DNA from: Jimgerdemannia flammicorona
Taxonomy: Eukaryota
Assembly (NCBI GenBank): GCA_003990765.1
Contig: RBNJ01000193.1
Coordinates: forward strand, 1 to 37,216
Reading direction: 5' to 3'
DNA length: 37,216 nucleotides
Shown here one piece after another: positions 1 through 12,400 of this stretch. Both the position numbers and the translations under genes were made by a program. Numbering within the stretch: the first letter of the stretch is position 1; each line of letters starts with the position of its first letter. The notes beneath the pieces are model-generated. The model did not search any database. It saw nothing but the letters and a program-made list of their open reading frames with translations, and was not told the DNA's origin.

Positions 1-37
1 TTTTTTTTCTATAGAAGTATTACTCAGTATCTAATAC

Positions 38-510
38 TAATACTTAAAACAAATTGAATTGAATCAAATTTGCTCCAAATTCAATTCAATTCAAAATATT
101 TGAATTAAATTAAAGATCAATTTGATTTAATTTAATTCAAATTGAGGTCCAATTTGATTTGAAGTCCAATTTAAACCTAATTTTTCAAAATTCAATAACT
201 TAACCAAAATATATCTAAATTTAATAAATTTTAGCTTGTTTAATATACTTTATAATAGAGAATCTAATATAATAAAAAATATTAAATTTAGATATATTTT
301 CATTGAGTTATTATATTTTAAATTTGAGATAAATATTTTAAATTAAATCAGACTCTAATTTAATTTAATTGAATCAAATCAGATCTCAATTTGATTCAAA
401 TTCAATTTGATTTAAATTTGATTTAAATTAAAAAATCTCCAATTTAATTTGATTTGAATAACTCTCAATTCAATTTAATTCAAATTGATTCAATTTATTT
501 GAGAGTACTA
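38..510. mobile_element. Foldback MITE, probably hAT superfamily (degenerate)
   Basis: Termini TAATACTT..AAACAAATTGAAT and ATTCAATTTATTTGAGAGTACTA are imperfect inverted repeats. Flanks TCTAATAC (30-37) and TCTGATAT (511-518) match 6/8, both mismatches transitions, consistent with an 8-bp TSD. The interior is TTCAA/TTGAA-rich and near-palindromic. Related copies occur at 18357 and 30420. Confidence 0.65.
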
Positions 511-2160
511 TCTGATATCTGATTCTAGATAATATAGAACTAAAGAAAAAACTCAGACCCTGCTGTATTAGACTATTTGAAATCTTAGAGATAGTTCTAT
601 TATATATAAGCTAGACCTTCTAGTAACTCTAGAGAGAATCTATCTGATATTTCAAATATATATTCCAACTTTAGCCATATACTCTAAATATCTTTAAAAA
701 AAGAATTATACATATTACTGCTAGATTTAATTATTATTAACTAAGAACTAGAATATAAAGTTAATTATATTTTAAATCATAAGAACTAATAATTTAGATA
801 AGCTACTAAGTCTACTTAGTATTACTTAGTAAAATAGAAAAGTACTTCAAATATAATACTATCTGAAAAAAGGAAGATAATCTTCTACCAAATATAAAAG
901 AAGCAGTAATCTAATATAAATATATAATATAATAGAAATTTCAATGGAATTTTCAAAGAATGGTTATATTTCTGATAAGATAAGTATAAATACCTCTGAA
1001 TATTATATAGATAACTCTCTATAATCTAAATAGTTAATAACAATACTGTAAACAAACTAAGAACAAATTGCTATAATTATTTTTATAACTATTGAATATC
1101 AATAAACCTCTACTGAGTTACTCTTTATCAATATATAAATCTCTAGAAATCCAGATCTAAATGAAGTTTAATAATATCTTAGAAGAATCCAATACTTTCA
1201 AATCTTTTGCTACTAATAAAAACTGAAGAAATATTATAAAATAAAATAAATTATCTATTAATAGACTACTCTCAGTAAGGCTAAGCAACTATTCTATCTA
1301 TTTATTAATAACTATACCTATATTATTATAAAAAAACTATATGTTCTTTTTTATATCTGACTCTAAGTCCTTGATCATCTCTATAGAATATCTCTTAAGA
1401 ATATTGCCAACTTAACTGATAAATATTAGAGCAATATCATCTTTTAAGTAGTCTAGTATATAGTCCTTCAGTTTGATAAATATCTAAAGTTTAGTATAGA
1501 ATTGAATGAGTAAGTTCTAACAAAAAAGAGAAGAATGTAATAGTTTATTATAGTAACAAGCTATTGGAAATTATGATAGAATTTCTAATAGAAATACTAA
1601 TAAAGTTCCAATAGAACTTATAATGAAATTTCTAACATAATAGTTATATATACTATATGTAGTATAACTATATATAGATATATCTAGTATATCATATTTA
1701 GCCATAGTCCAAAACTGTATAAATATCCTTATACTGAGTATATTGAAACCTCAGCTCTACTTTTCTCTCTCAAGAATAAAGAAGTATATATTCTTATCTA
1801 GAACTCTCAGACCTAACTTATTAACAATTCTAAGCCTGATCAACTTGGAATATAAATACAGTACCTCCACTCAGCACAAGAATCTGAAAGTGATATTTGG
1901 ACTATACTCTTGCAATAGACATTTGGAATTTAGTACTTCTTTATAGAACTCAGAACTTAGGGCTAATAGTCATCCCTGATTATCTACAACATATCAATTC
2001 TATCAGCATATAGTTTTATTACACATTTTTAATAATATTGATTTATTTGAAATATAATTAGACAGACCTTATTTAAAGTATTATAAAAAAACATATATAT
2101 AATTGAGCTAACTAAATAGCAGATAAACCATAATAAAAAAGCTAATAAGAGTTCATCAAA
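511..2160. other. AT-rich, CpG-depleted degenerate sequence, probably an unclassifiable TE relic
   Basis: Very low GC, essentially no CpG, same texture as the identifiable relics at 26.5-31.4 kb. No recognisable protein motif. Confidence 0.4.
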
Positions 2161-3504
2161 CTATAGACGAAGTTAGTTTAATCAGTATAAACAAAATAAT
2201 TGTCCGTTCTCCATTATGTAAATTTGTTTATTTGGAAGAATCGGAACCCTGGTTCTCAGAATGTAATCTCTTCTTCCTCTTCTCTGTGTATTGCAGACGT
2301 CATTGGGTTTACATGATAGAATTGCACAAACACAAGCACAAGATTCTGTATCGCCGTGGGAGATTTGTGGAGTTAGCCCCTGAGAACTCTGGCGGTTGAG
2401 GAAGAACAGATGGAATATAGGGCATTATTTCATATCCTTAGTATATGTCGTGATTTTTTGTACACATGTTTTAATCCTGGTATACATAATAATAAAGTCA
2501 TCTGCCCAATTTTCCTGATTCCAAGATCCTCGCTACAGACTAAAATGTGCTTGTAGTACTAGTGTCGGATGAAAACTGTGACATTTCAATAAGACGAGCA
2601 GGGCCATTGGTATCCCCTATTGCTCTCCTTGCGGTGATACTTCACTTACTCTCTTATGAACTGAACTGTCGTTATTCATGCAAAACGAAAGCGTATTTGA
2701 GTAGTACAAGGAAATATTGAATTTGAACAAGTATCCGGTTACAGAGTTCTGTTCGGGTACGGGCCACACTATATATGTTGCCGTGATGGCTGGTTATCCC
2801 TTCGGATGAAGCTTCATAGACTTATATTCACATTCAAGCTAAACCACGTAATGATTCTTATGAGAGGGCTAGGAGAGCCAGGAGAGCCTGGACTTTGCTG
2901 AACTGTTTGAAGAATTCTTTGCGCAGATCGCGGACGTAATATGCCAACGATAGCAGACCGCGGTTACTAGGAAATGTCATAGCTGAGGAATATGCATCGC
3001 TGTTTCACCAGGAAGAAAACAGCGGGTGGCAGTCTCAGTCTAGAAGACATCAACGCGCCCGATGTCGTCGTGCGTCTGCTGAACTGGTTGCTGCACGCTT
3101 AACGGAGGTTACATGGCTCATTCTTATTTCAACGTCCCCGAGCGGTCGACACTGACGAAAGCCGCTATAATGAAGGAACCGGTTTGTCGTTAGAGAGTAC
3201 GATGGGATGCTTCGCACATTGGCCTTCTTTTCGATTCGAGTTCAATGGGAGGGCTAATTTAATTTAATTGCTTGGCTGACTAATGGTGGTGCAGCAAGAT
3301 ACCATCACTCATTTCCCGCGACAAAGTGCCAAAGAAAAGGACAAAATCCATTTACTGGCGCGACATCCTCATCATCGACCAAAAGTTATCCGCTGGACAT
3401 ATAGCTCACCACAGAGGGTTTAATGCGCCTTTCTACCTATGAAATACTAATGTGTAGTGGGGTCACTGAGACCTCATACTTTTGAGCCTTGGATTGCTTT
3501 GCAG

Positions 3505-4105
3505 GTATCCTTACGAGTTTGCTGTTCATTCCCCGCATCCAACACACTCCGCCTCCGCTCCTCCTTAACCAGCTTTGGCTCGCGCTATCTGCCTTAACCT
3601 AAGCTCTATCGTCCCTTTGCAACAATCTCTTCTCGGCCCAAATCCCTCGCTCATCTTGCGCTCGGCCTTACTGCCCGCAATCCATCTCCTTATTGACCAA
3701 CTGATCAATGTGTTATGCGTCCCTGCAGACGCTCTGGACTTCCTGCCCTCTCTGTCTCGAGGGCAGTCGGAACGTCGACAACCTGTTCCTCTCGTGCCCT
3801 AGAAAATGCGCTACAAGATAAAGACCGTCGCGGTAGGGAAGACCGGCAGCGAGTGGCCGGTTGTTGTTTAACTATTCTAATGAGTTTGATGGCCAGTTAG
3901 TGGAAAGGGTTGTGAGGACTTGCCCGAGGCTCAAGGTCATCGCGCCGCCGAGATATTTGAACGCGAACGAGGAGTTCGTTAGGTTTATGTGGCAGGATGC
4001 GTTGGAGTTTGATGATGCAAAGGTGATGCGCCGTAGGCTGAAGAAGTCCCTCTGTATTATAGTAGTCGCACTTTGTCCTCCCAATCTACATACATATATT
4101 TTTCA
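3505..4105 (+). pseudogene. Possible frameshifted remnant of an F-box/RNI-like LRR protein gene
   Basis: GC-rich coding-like pieces in shifting frames: LARAICLNLSSI, LCASLQTL..LEGSRNVDNLFLSC, FDGQLVERVVRTCPRLKVI (CPxL-type LRR motif). No clean continuous ORF. Confidence 0.3.
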
Positions 4106-4645
4106 TCTTGTAATTAAAAAAAAAAAAAAAAAAAGAAAAAAGAAAAAAAAGGCGCATGTACAATCCCGCCTCAATGCCATGACATGGCGGAAGGAGAATA
4201 TGTCGTTCTCACGAAAATGTGAAACGCTAATGTTTTGGAGGTTGTGAGTGATGAGCCAGTCTTTGAGAGAACGACGCTTGCGTTCATGGTTGCGACGACA
4301 ACACAAGCTTCAAAGCTATATAAATTGACTTGCTCGTACTCGACTGTCATCTGTAACAGATATACTTTTGGTTGATTGTCAGTTTTCAACATCGTCAGGA
4401 ACTGGAAGACCAGGCATCCGAGAAATCGTACACAAAGACTTCCATGCGGGTGGCGTAGCGCCGTTTGGTCTTGTTGGGTTGTGGGATGGGGTTTGGTATG
4501 CACTTTCATGTAAATGCCTCTTTATTATTAATAGACACTTCATAGTTTACAATTCGCCCGCAATCCACTCGTGCGTGACCCACAGTGCATTGGTAAAATC
4601 TCCATCAACGTTCATTTCATTCATCTCCCCTCCTAAATCTCCCTT

Positions 4646-6042
4646 CTACAACTTACTCCCCCCACCAGGGCTCCTCCACCTTGGCGCCCTCTTATCGACG
4701 AACGCCTGCAGCCCCTCCTTGAGGTTGTCGCCGCGCAGCCACTTCTCGGCCTCGGGCGAATCAAGCAGCTGCGCGGTGGCGTTCGTAAGCGAGTCGGTTT
4801 CGAGAGCGAGTAGCAAGCCCTTCTTGGTCAGCTGGACGGCGTCGGGGGATCTATGTTGATGGGCCTGGGGTAAGTAGGGTTGTCGAAATCTTCCTTTTCC
4901 CACAACCCTCTAAACTCATAATAGCGGATACGTACGCCTCGACAATCCTCTTCGCCCACGCCAACGCGTGCGGAACGACATCCTCGATGCGGGGGACAAG
5001 CTCGTTAACAAATCCGAAATCGCGCGCCTCGATGGCGGTGAGGTGGCGTCCCGTGAGGGCGATCTCAGCGGCTCGTTGGTAGGCTAAGGGTTTGTGTGTG
5101 GGGGAAGGATCGAATCATGTCAGTGCGAGGATGAGATGATGGGAATGATTGTGTGAACAGGGATGGTACGTACTAACGGCGCGGGCGACGCGGGCAATGC
5201 CGCCCATTCCGGCAACAACGCCGCGTTTGACTGCGAGGGTTATAGGGGGAGGGGTATGAGATGGATAGAGGTAAGCGAGCGACATAGAATGAGTGGATCC
5301 AATATTTATAATGCGAACCGAGGAGAGAATTAAAACGAGGAGTAGGTCCAACATGACACGATACCTTCCGGCAGGCCGAAGGTGGACTTCGACGACGCGA
5401 CGACGATGTCGCATGCCAGGACGATCTCCATGCCGCCACCTAACGATGTGAGAATGTGAGAATGTAGTGTCGGAACGTCGTTACAGCCAGGAAATCAGTG
5501 ATAGCCGAGCGAGTGCCGCTGACGGTTCCCCTTCCGATCACTCTCTAACAACGAAAAACAAGATGAATAAATTCGGCTACGCACCGAGCGCGATCCCGTT
5601 AACGGCAGCGATGACAGGTTTACGGGCGTCGTTCCTCCTGCTGAGGCCGCCGAATCCCGTGGGCGGCATGACATCTTGGGGCCAGCCCTGGGTGGCGTGG
5701 GCACTCTTAAGGTCCATGCCGGCGCAAAAGGCGCGCTCACCCGCGCCGGTGATCTGTGGGTATTGTGTTGGTGTGGTTAGGGACCCGTGACGTGCGGGTG
5801 TGGTGAAAAAGGTCCCGGACCGATGCGTAAAACAATAAACTCACCACGACGACCCACACGTTGGGCTGGTCCTCGGCCCAGTCGAAGACGCGGCTCAACT
5901 CCCACGAGGCCTCGAGGGTCAGGGCGTTAAGCTGCTTAGGACGGTTGATGGTGACGAGGAGGACGTGGGGTTTGGGTACGGCAAGGATACAAAACTGGGT
6001 GTTGGGGAAGGGGGGCAGCTGGGAGTTCGTTTTGGCGGACAT
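4646..6042 (-). CDS. Enoyl-CoA hydratase/isomerase (crotonase family) with peroxisomal PTS1; 6 exons: 6042-5845, 5753-5585, 5439-5365, 5230-5174, 5083-4936, 4850-4646
   Basis: The spliced GT-AG model stays in frame. Motifs [83 protein letters not shown]-terminal SKL*. Confidence 0.93.
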
Positions 6043-6374
6043 GTGGACAATGTAATGTAGATGACCAGGAGAGAAGGGAAGTTGTCTGATCGGACCCAAG
6101 AGCCCAAGAGTAGAAGCGTCACGTGAAGCCACTGTTCGACCCATCTAATTAACTATTACAAGAATTGTATATAATGAATTATAGCCACGCGAGAGCTAGG
6201 TCAATGCGATGACACCACGCGCGATGCTCTTCTCTCCTTCCTACTATCCCTCTGAACGAACCAACGAGCGACCATACAACGCGTCATCCTAATTATATAC
6301 TGTTATGACAGTCACTAGTCCTCCATAAATTTTCACAATCAATGCAACCCGTCTTTTTCCTACTCTCCTGTACC

Positions 6375-8970
6375 ATGCCCACTACCCTCAACCTCGTGCA
6401 TTTTAACGATGTCTACCACATCAGCCCGAAGAAAAAGGAGCCCGTCGGGGGGGCCGCCCGCTTTGCCACTGCCATAAACAACCATCTCGACAGTCTCAAC
6501 AAGAAAGGGCCAGACGGGGACCACTGGGTACTGTTCAGTGGCGACGTATTCAGCCCGAGCATGGAGAGCTCCATTACGAGGGGGAATCACATGTACGTAT
6601 CTCTTCCTTTATTTGGTCCAATTGTCGTCGATTTTGGCCACCAACGTTCCATGCTTCACCCTATAGGGTCCCGATCATGAACCAGCTTCATATAGCCGCC
6701 TCTCTGGCGGGCAACCACGACTTCGACTTTGGCGTGCCCAACCTGCAGAAGCTGATCGGCGAAACCAGCTTCCCCTGGCTGCTTTCCAATATCTTGGACG
6801 AAGCCACGGGCGAGCCGCCCGAGGGTTTGGGCCAGTTCCTCGTGCTTAAAGGAAGGAAGAGCGGCATCAAGGTTGGCATCATTGGGCTTGTCGAGAAGTA
6901 AGTTTAAGAGTAAAGGCGAAGGAGGAACATTTCTGCACAATGTATGGGGATTTTGTCATGTGAGCAATGTAGAGATCACGAATAACGTGACCCACACCTC
7001 TTCAGAGAGTGGATCGTGACGATCCCCAATTTCCCGCCCAACCTCAAATACCACTCCGCATCTGATAAGGCGCGCGACCTCTCACGGACGCTACGCGACC
7101 CGTCTGGTCCGCACGCTGTAGACATTGTGGTGGCGCTGACCCACATGCGGCTGCAAAACGACCTGATCTTCGCACAGGAGACGGCGGGGGAGGTGGATCT
7201 CGTGCTTGGCGGGTGAGTGTTTTGAATCCAGCCGGTTTGAACGCCATCATGCATGGTTGGTGTGCACACATTTCATCATACTCACCCCCCCCCCAAAAAA
7301 TAATAATAATTACACAGCCACGATCACTTCTACTATGTCTCCAAATCCCTCGCTCTCAGCGGCCCGGACTGGTCGCGCGACCGCAACATCGCAGCCCAGA
7401 GAGGGACGGACCCAGAACCCGGGGAGCCGGACCCGCGCGTGCGCGTCGTCAAGAGCGGTACGGACTTTCGCGAGCTATCCTTCGTCAAGATTGTGGTCGG
7501 GGATCCGGTGGGGGAGGGAAGGAGGGAAGTGGTCGAGGTTGAAGGTACGTGCATGCTTCGTCGTCTCTTTAATTTATTTGAGGGCGTAATTTTGGATCGA
7601 TCTTCTGATCTCCTTCTCCTCACACCCAAACAGTCACCCGCCAAGAGATTACTTCCACTCTGGCCGAGCACCCGCCAACCGCGGCAATCATCGCCCAAGT
7701 GACCACGTTAGTGAGCGCCAAAACCTCTCGTCCAATTGGCTACACGTGCACGCCCCTCGATGGCCTCTTTTCGACGGTGCGCACGCGCGAATCTAACCTT
7801 GGCAACCTGACCGCCGACCTCATGCAGCACGCCTACGCCACCTGCATCCCCACGGGCGTCGACTTCGCCATCTGTAACGGCGGAGTTCTACGCGGCGACG
7901 CCATTATCGATAAGGGCGTCATCACCCTCGGCGATATCATGAACTTCTTTCCATTCGAGGATCCCGTCGTCGTAATCCGTATTTCCGGCGCGCGCGTCCT
8001 AGCGGCACTCGAAAACTCTTTCGCCGAGTACCCGAAACAGGAGGGAAGGTTTCCGCAGGTTGCTGGGCTGCGCATCGAATGGGACCCGAAGGGCGAGCCG
8101 GGTGCTAGGGTACGAAAGGTGCTCGTCACGAAGTCGAACGGCGATAGTCACCACGGCGGAGAAAGGCAGCATCCGTCAGGGCTTCTGGCACCACCGACGG
8201 GCAGACCAGCACCGTTGCCGTCCCAGCCGCAGGGCGAGCCACTTGATCTGGAGCGAGAGTATGTACTGGCGACGCGGGAGTATATGGCACAGGGAGGTGA
8301 CGGTTTCACCTCCCTTGTGACCCCGCCCCAGGACTACATCGTAGACGGGGAAAACGGTATGCTCATCTCTGCACTCTTTCGGCGTTACTTTCTGGGACTC
8401 AAGTACGTCAACGCCATGCGCACCCACTTTGAGCACGAGTGCACCACCCACAAGCGCGTCGTCGAGGCTGCCCATGTGTGGCGACTGCACGCTAAGAACA
8501 AGCGCGCGAGGGGGTTGCAGGCGGCCGCTGGGCCGGAATCTGGGACCGAGTCCGGGACCGAGACGCCTTCCGGGACGGAAATATCAGAATCTGGATCCGG
8601 CGCCGAGACCGACGCGTCTTCCGTCAAAGGTGGGGAAGAGGGCACGGACGGAGCGGCGCATTCAACGACCAAGGGCGGGATATGCGACGCGCTCACGCAT
8701 TCGGTGAAGGGGCGGCCGTGTTGTCTGAGAGGCGTTCATGGGTCTATGACTGGAGAGGATGTCGAGGATACGAAGTTTATGAGGAAGTGTGAGGAGGTGG
8801 TGGCCGAGTTGGGGGGAGAAAAATCGGAGGAAGTGAAGAGGGAGAGTAAAGAGACGGAGGAAGGGCAAGAAGAGAAAGGGGAGGAGGAGGATGTGGTTAG
8901 GTGGGTCAGGGAGTGGGCTAGTGTCGGGCCCGTGGTCGAGGGAAGGATTGTCGAGGTCGCGGAACAGTAG
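6375..8970 (+). CDS. 5'-nucleotidase/apyrase family metallophosphoesterase (metallophos + 5'-NT C-terminal domain); exons 6375-6592, 6667-6897, 7006-7212, 7318-7544, 7634-8970
   Basis: The spliced model is in frame. Motifs HFNDVYH, GGAARF, FSGDVFSPS, GNHDFDFG, FPWLLSN, ALTHM, GGHDH, VRTRESNLGNLTAD, NGGVLR, FPFED, GRFPQVAG, GGDGF. Acidic low-complexity C-terminal region. Confidence 0.93.
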
Positions 8971-9206
8971 TGGGTATTAGGTGTTCTCATTGGTCACGAT
9001 TCCTAGCTTCTGATGAATTGACATTTATTCACATTGTTCGAATTTCGATTTCTTTGTAATTCCTGTCAATTAAATATCCCAAAGAAAATCCCGCGACTAT
9101 CTACATTTCGCACATTTCACACATTCTATCTCACGGTCATCCTCGGAACCTCGTAACCTGCTTCTGATCGCTCATGACTCTCATTTTCGTCCTTGCTGAG
9201 GGATCC

Positions 9207-9224
9207 GTCAGTCAGTCAGTCAGT
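9207..9224. repeat. (GTCA)n microsatellite
   Basis: GTCAGTCAGTCAGTCAGT upstream of the kinase gene. Confidence 0.7.
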
Positions 9225-9463
9225 TTTACTTTTCGAGGCTAATATGTTAGAGAAATTCCCCCACAAAAAAGAATAACCGACACACTTCTGAATAGCCGGT
9301 TTTGCAAATGGCGCGCTTACGGGTTACGTGGTGAAATAACCCGAAGGCAAGCTGCATCAGGAAGAACTGGACTGGGGCCTCCGATAAATTATGGCCGTCA
9401 TGTGATATGTGGTGTGCCATAATTACACCGAAATCGTCTTTGCGTCAAAAATCGTTTGAAAAT

Positions 9464-12400
9464 ATGTCCGCCAACACCCGCCTACAGAACTTGCTGGCCC
9501 GATTAAAACCCTGGGACGATCTGCACAGAAACCACCAAACAGAAATCTTGGCGTGGAAGGGTCGGTATTCCCGTAACGACCAAGAACTCCGTGCCTGCCT
9601 CGACACCTTGGGCGTGCCGCAGCTGGAGCCATACCTTGCCTGGATTCCGACAAATAAACTATATGGTCTTCAGCAACTTGCCGAAGGCGGGTTTGCCAAA
9701 GTTTACCAGGCACATGTTAATGTGAAGTCAATAGAGTACCAGGTGGCCGCCAAAGAATTAAAGTTATCGATGGTTCCAGAGGTGAGATCCGGTTGATGTA
9801 ATATACAATATATTTTCGACATAGCCTCACTTATCGGTAACCTTGTTATGTCTTCATCCTAACAATATAGTTAGTGCTGAATATTTACTTGAGTCGCTGC
9901 GGAGATGACGTCAACAATCCTCCTACAATGGAAATTGTTGGTTTGTCACGACATCCAGAGACCAGCATGTATCTGATGGTTATGCAGTTTGCCGACCTGG
10001 GTACTCTCGAGAATCAGCCATGCGAACAAGATGGCGATTGGTACACCGCTTTAACATATGCCATAAAACTCGCCAGGCGCTTGGCCAGTCTCCATGATAT
10101 GGGTTTCATCCATGAGGATCTCCATGCGGGTAATGTAGTATTCCACAAGTCTCACACCACGCTTTTGATCGATGTTGGCCTTAGCCGTTCTGTGGAAGGA
10201 GCACATTTCAAGCAAGGAGCCTATGGTCGGATAGAATACCTCCCTCCAGAGATCTTCGAGAATATACAGTTTACACAGAAGTCGGACGTCTACTGCTTGG
10301 GAACCCTGCTGTGGCAGCTGATCGTCGGCGTCCCACCACAAGGCATCGCATCGACAGCTGTTGCCAACAATCCAGATGGACTCCGTGAGCAGATGATCCC
10401 TGGTGCACCAACGGCATTCAACAATGTCATTCGGAGCTGCTGGCATCCTGACCCCGACCAGCGACCGAGCACCCTTCAAGTCTACAATCAGTTGATTGAA
10501 TGTGCAGCCGATTTAGTCGGGATTTCTTCTGTCGTGCAACCAAGCATGGAATGGCAAATTCTGGGACAACTTGCAATTGCACCAGTGCCGTTTTTACCCG
10601 AGGTGGAATCGTTCATTGTCTCACGACGGGCCATCTATCAGCAAGAGTTGGAATTCCGAAACAGCAGCGTCGCCAGCAGTGTCACCAGCAACGTCGCCAG
10701 CAGCGTCGCCAGTAGCAGTGTCGCCAAAAGCGAATTCTACACATGTGAACAACTCAAGCGAATCGCAGAAGAGGACTCTCAACTGGCGCCTGTCACTCCA
10801 CTACAGCAACCAAGTCTAGGTATGTCGCACAACAGCCCACTGCATATCATATTTACATTTACATACTAATGGGCATTTGTGTTCTTGTTTCTTCTCCCAT
10901 CATTCAGACCATAATAGCATCACAGGTAATGGTGGCGAGTGAGAGGCGGGCGATGATCCGATAAGGAATAACAGTTTTCCATACCACAATTGGACTTACA
11001 GCTAACTGTTAGTTTTATGCATGTTGATTGTTAACATATATCAGAGAAAGGTATTGAGACTGGCGAGACTGATGTTGCTGAGCCTCTGAAGCAGAATGTG
11101 ACCAGTATGTCTGAATTTCGTGAATCATTATTTGCAGCTGTCTGATGGGATCAAGCTATATTTTACATACATTTGTTCATCTTCTTTTATTTTCAAACAA
11201 TGGCATTGATGACAAAGAGGCAAGATCTCTAGCTGAGTATTTGAAGCAGAACTTGATCTCAAATGAGTTGAATATCTCTGGTATAACAAAATTGTGAGAA
11301 CTATTATTTATAGAACATCAAGTTCTTTATATACTTAACTTTTCATCTTTATTTACTTTTAGGAAAGAGTATTGGTGATAGGGCTGTACGCATTATTCTT
11401 GAGTTTTTAATACAGAATACAAATTTAACCAAACTCAATCTCAGCAGTATGTCAACTATTATTTACAGCCTTATGGTAGAAGCAAACTTATGATTTAGGA
11501 GTTTTCATATTTTCTGTTCATATTCAGACAACGGTATCGGCATTCTATTGGCCCGCTCCCTAGTTGAATATTTGAAGCAGAACACGAGCATTATTGAGCT
11601 GAATATTGAAAGTATGTCAGAACTATGTGAAGGATTATGGGCAGCTACATGATAGAATTTAGTTTATGTTTTGTATGTTCGCTCATTCTCTGTTCATTTA
11701 AAGAGAATAGCATTGGCGACGAGGGGGCACGCGCCCTAGCCGAGTCTCTGAAGCAGAACACAACCTTAATCAAACTGAATGTCTCTGGTATGTCAAAACT
11801 TTGTGAAGCATTGTGTGCATCTGTATGGTAGAATTAAGCTCACAAACTGGGCATGTCCACTGATCACTTGTTCATTTCGAAGAGAATAACATCGGCCACG
11901 AGGGAGCACACGCCCTAGCTGGGTCTCTGAAGCAGAACACAACCTTGGCCGAGATAAATCTCTCTGGTATGTCAGAACTGTGTGAAGAATTGTGTGCAGG
12001 AATTAAGTTCGCGATAAGGGTGTTCGTTCATTTTCTCTTCATTTTAAAGGAAATTTCATTGGCGACGAGGGAGTATATACCATAGCTGAGTCTTTGAAGC
12101 AGAACATGATCTTGACTGAGATAAATCTTGACAGTATGTCAGAACTGTTTGAATCACTGTGTGTGTGCATGATGGAATCAAGCTCACGATATGTGCGTAT
12201 TCGTTCATTCCCTGATCATTTTAAAGGAAATATTATTAACGACGAGGGGGCACGCGCTCTAGCCGAGTCTCTGATGCAGAACACGACCTTAACCAGGCTG
12301 AATCTCTCTGGTATGTCACGACTGTGTAAAGTATTGTGTGCAGCTGCGTGATGAAATTAAACTCACGAACAGTGAGTGTTTGCTCATTCCCTGTTCATTT

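Noticed and set aside
1743..1946. 67-aa ORF and other short AT-rich ORFs (18394, 30122, 31194)
   Set aside because: They lie in mutated repeat DNA, show I/L/N/K compositional bias and carry no motifs.
3861..4247. Poly-lysine protein
   Set aside because: The Lys run is translation of a genomic poly(A) tract at ~4116-4150.
6342..6374. Signal peptide from the upstream ATG of the 5'-nucleotidase
   Set aside because: The hydrophobic stretch is too short, and ACCATG at 6375 directly precedes the conserved domain start.
9407..9463. Upstream ATG at 9407 as the kinase start
   Set aside because: In frame and possible, but 9464 (AATATGTCC) has better context; unresolved without transcripts.
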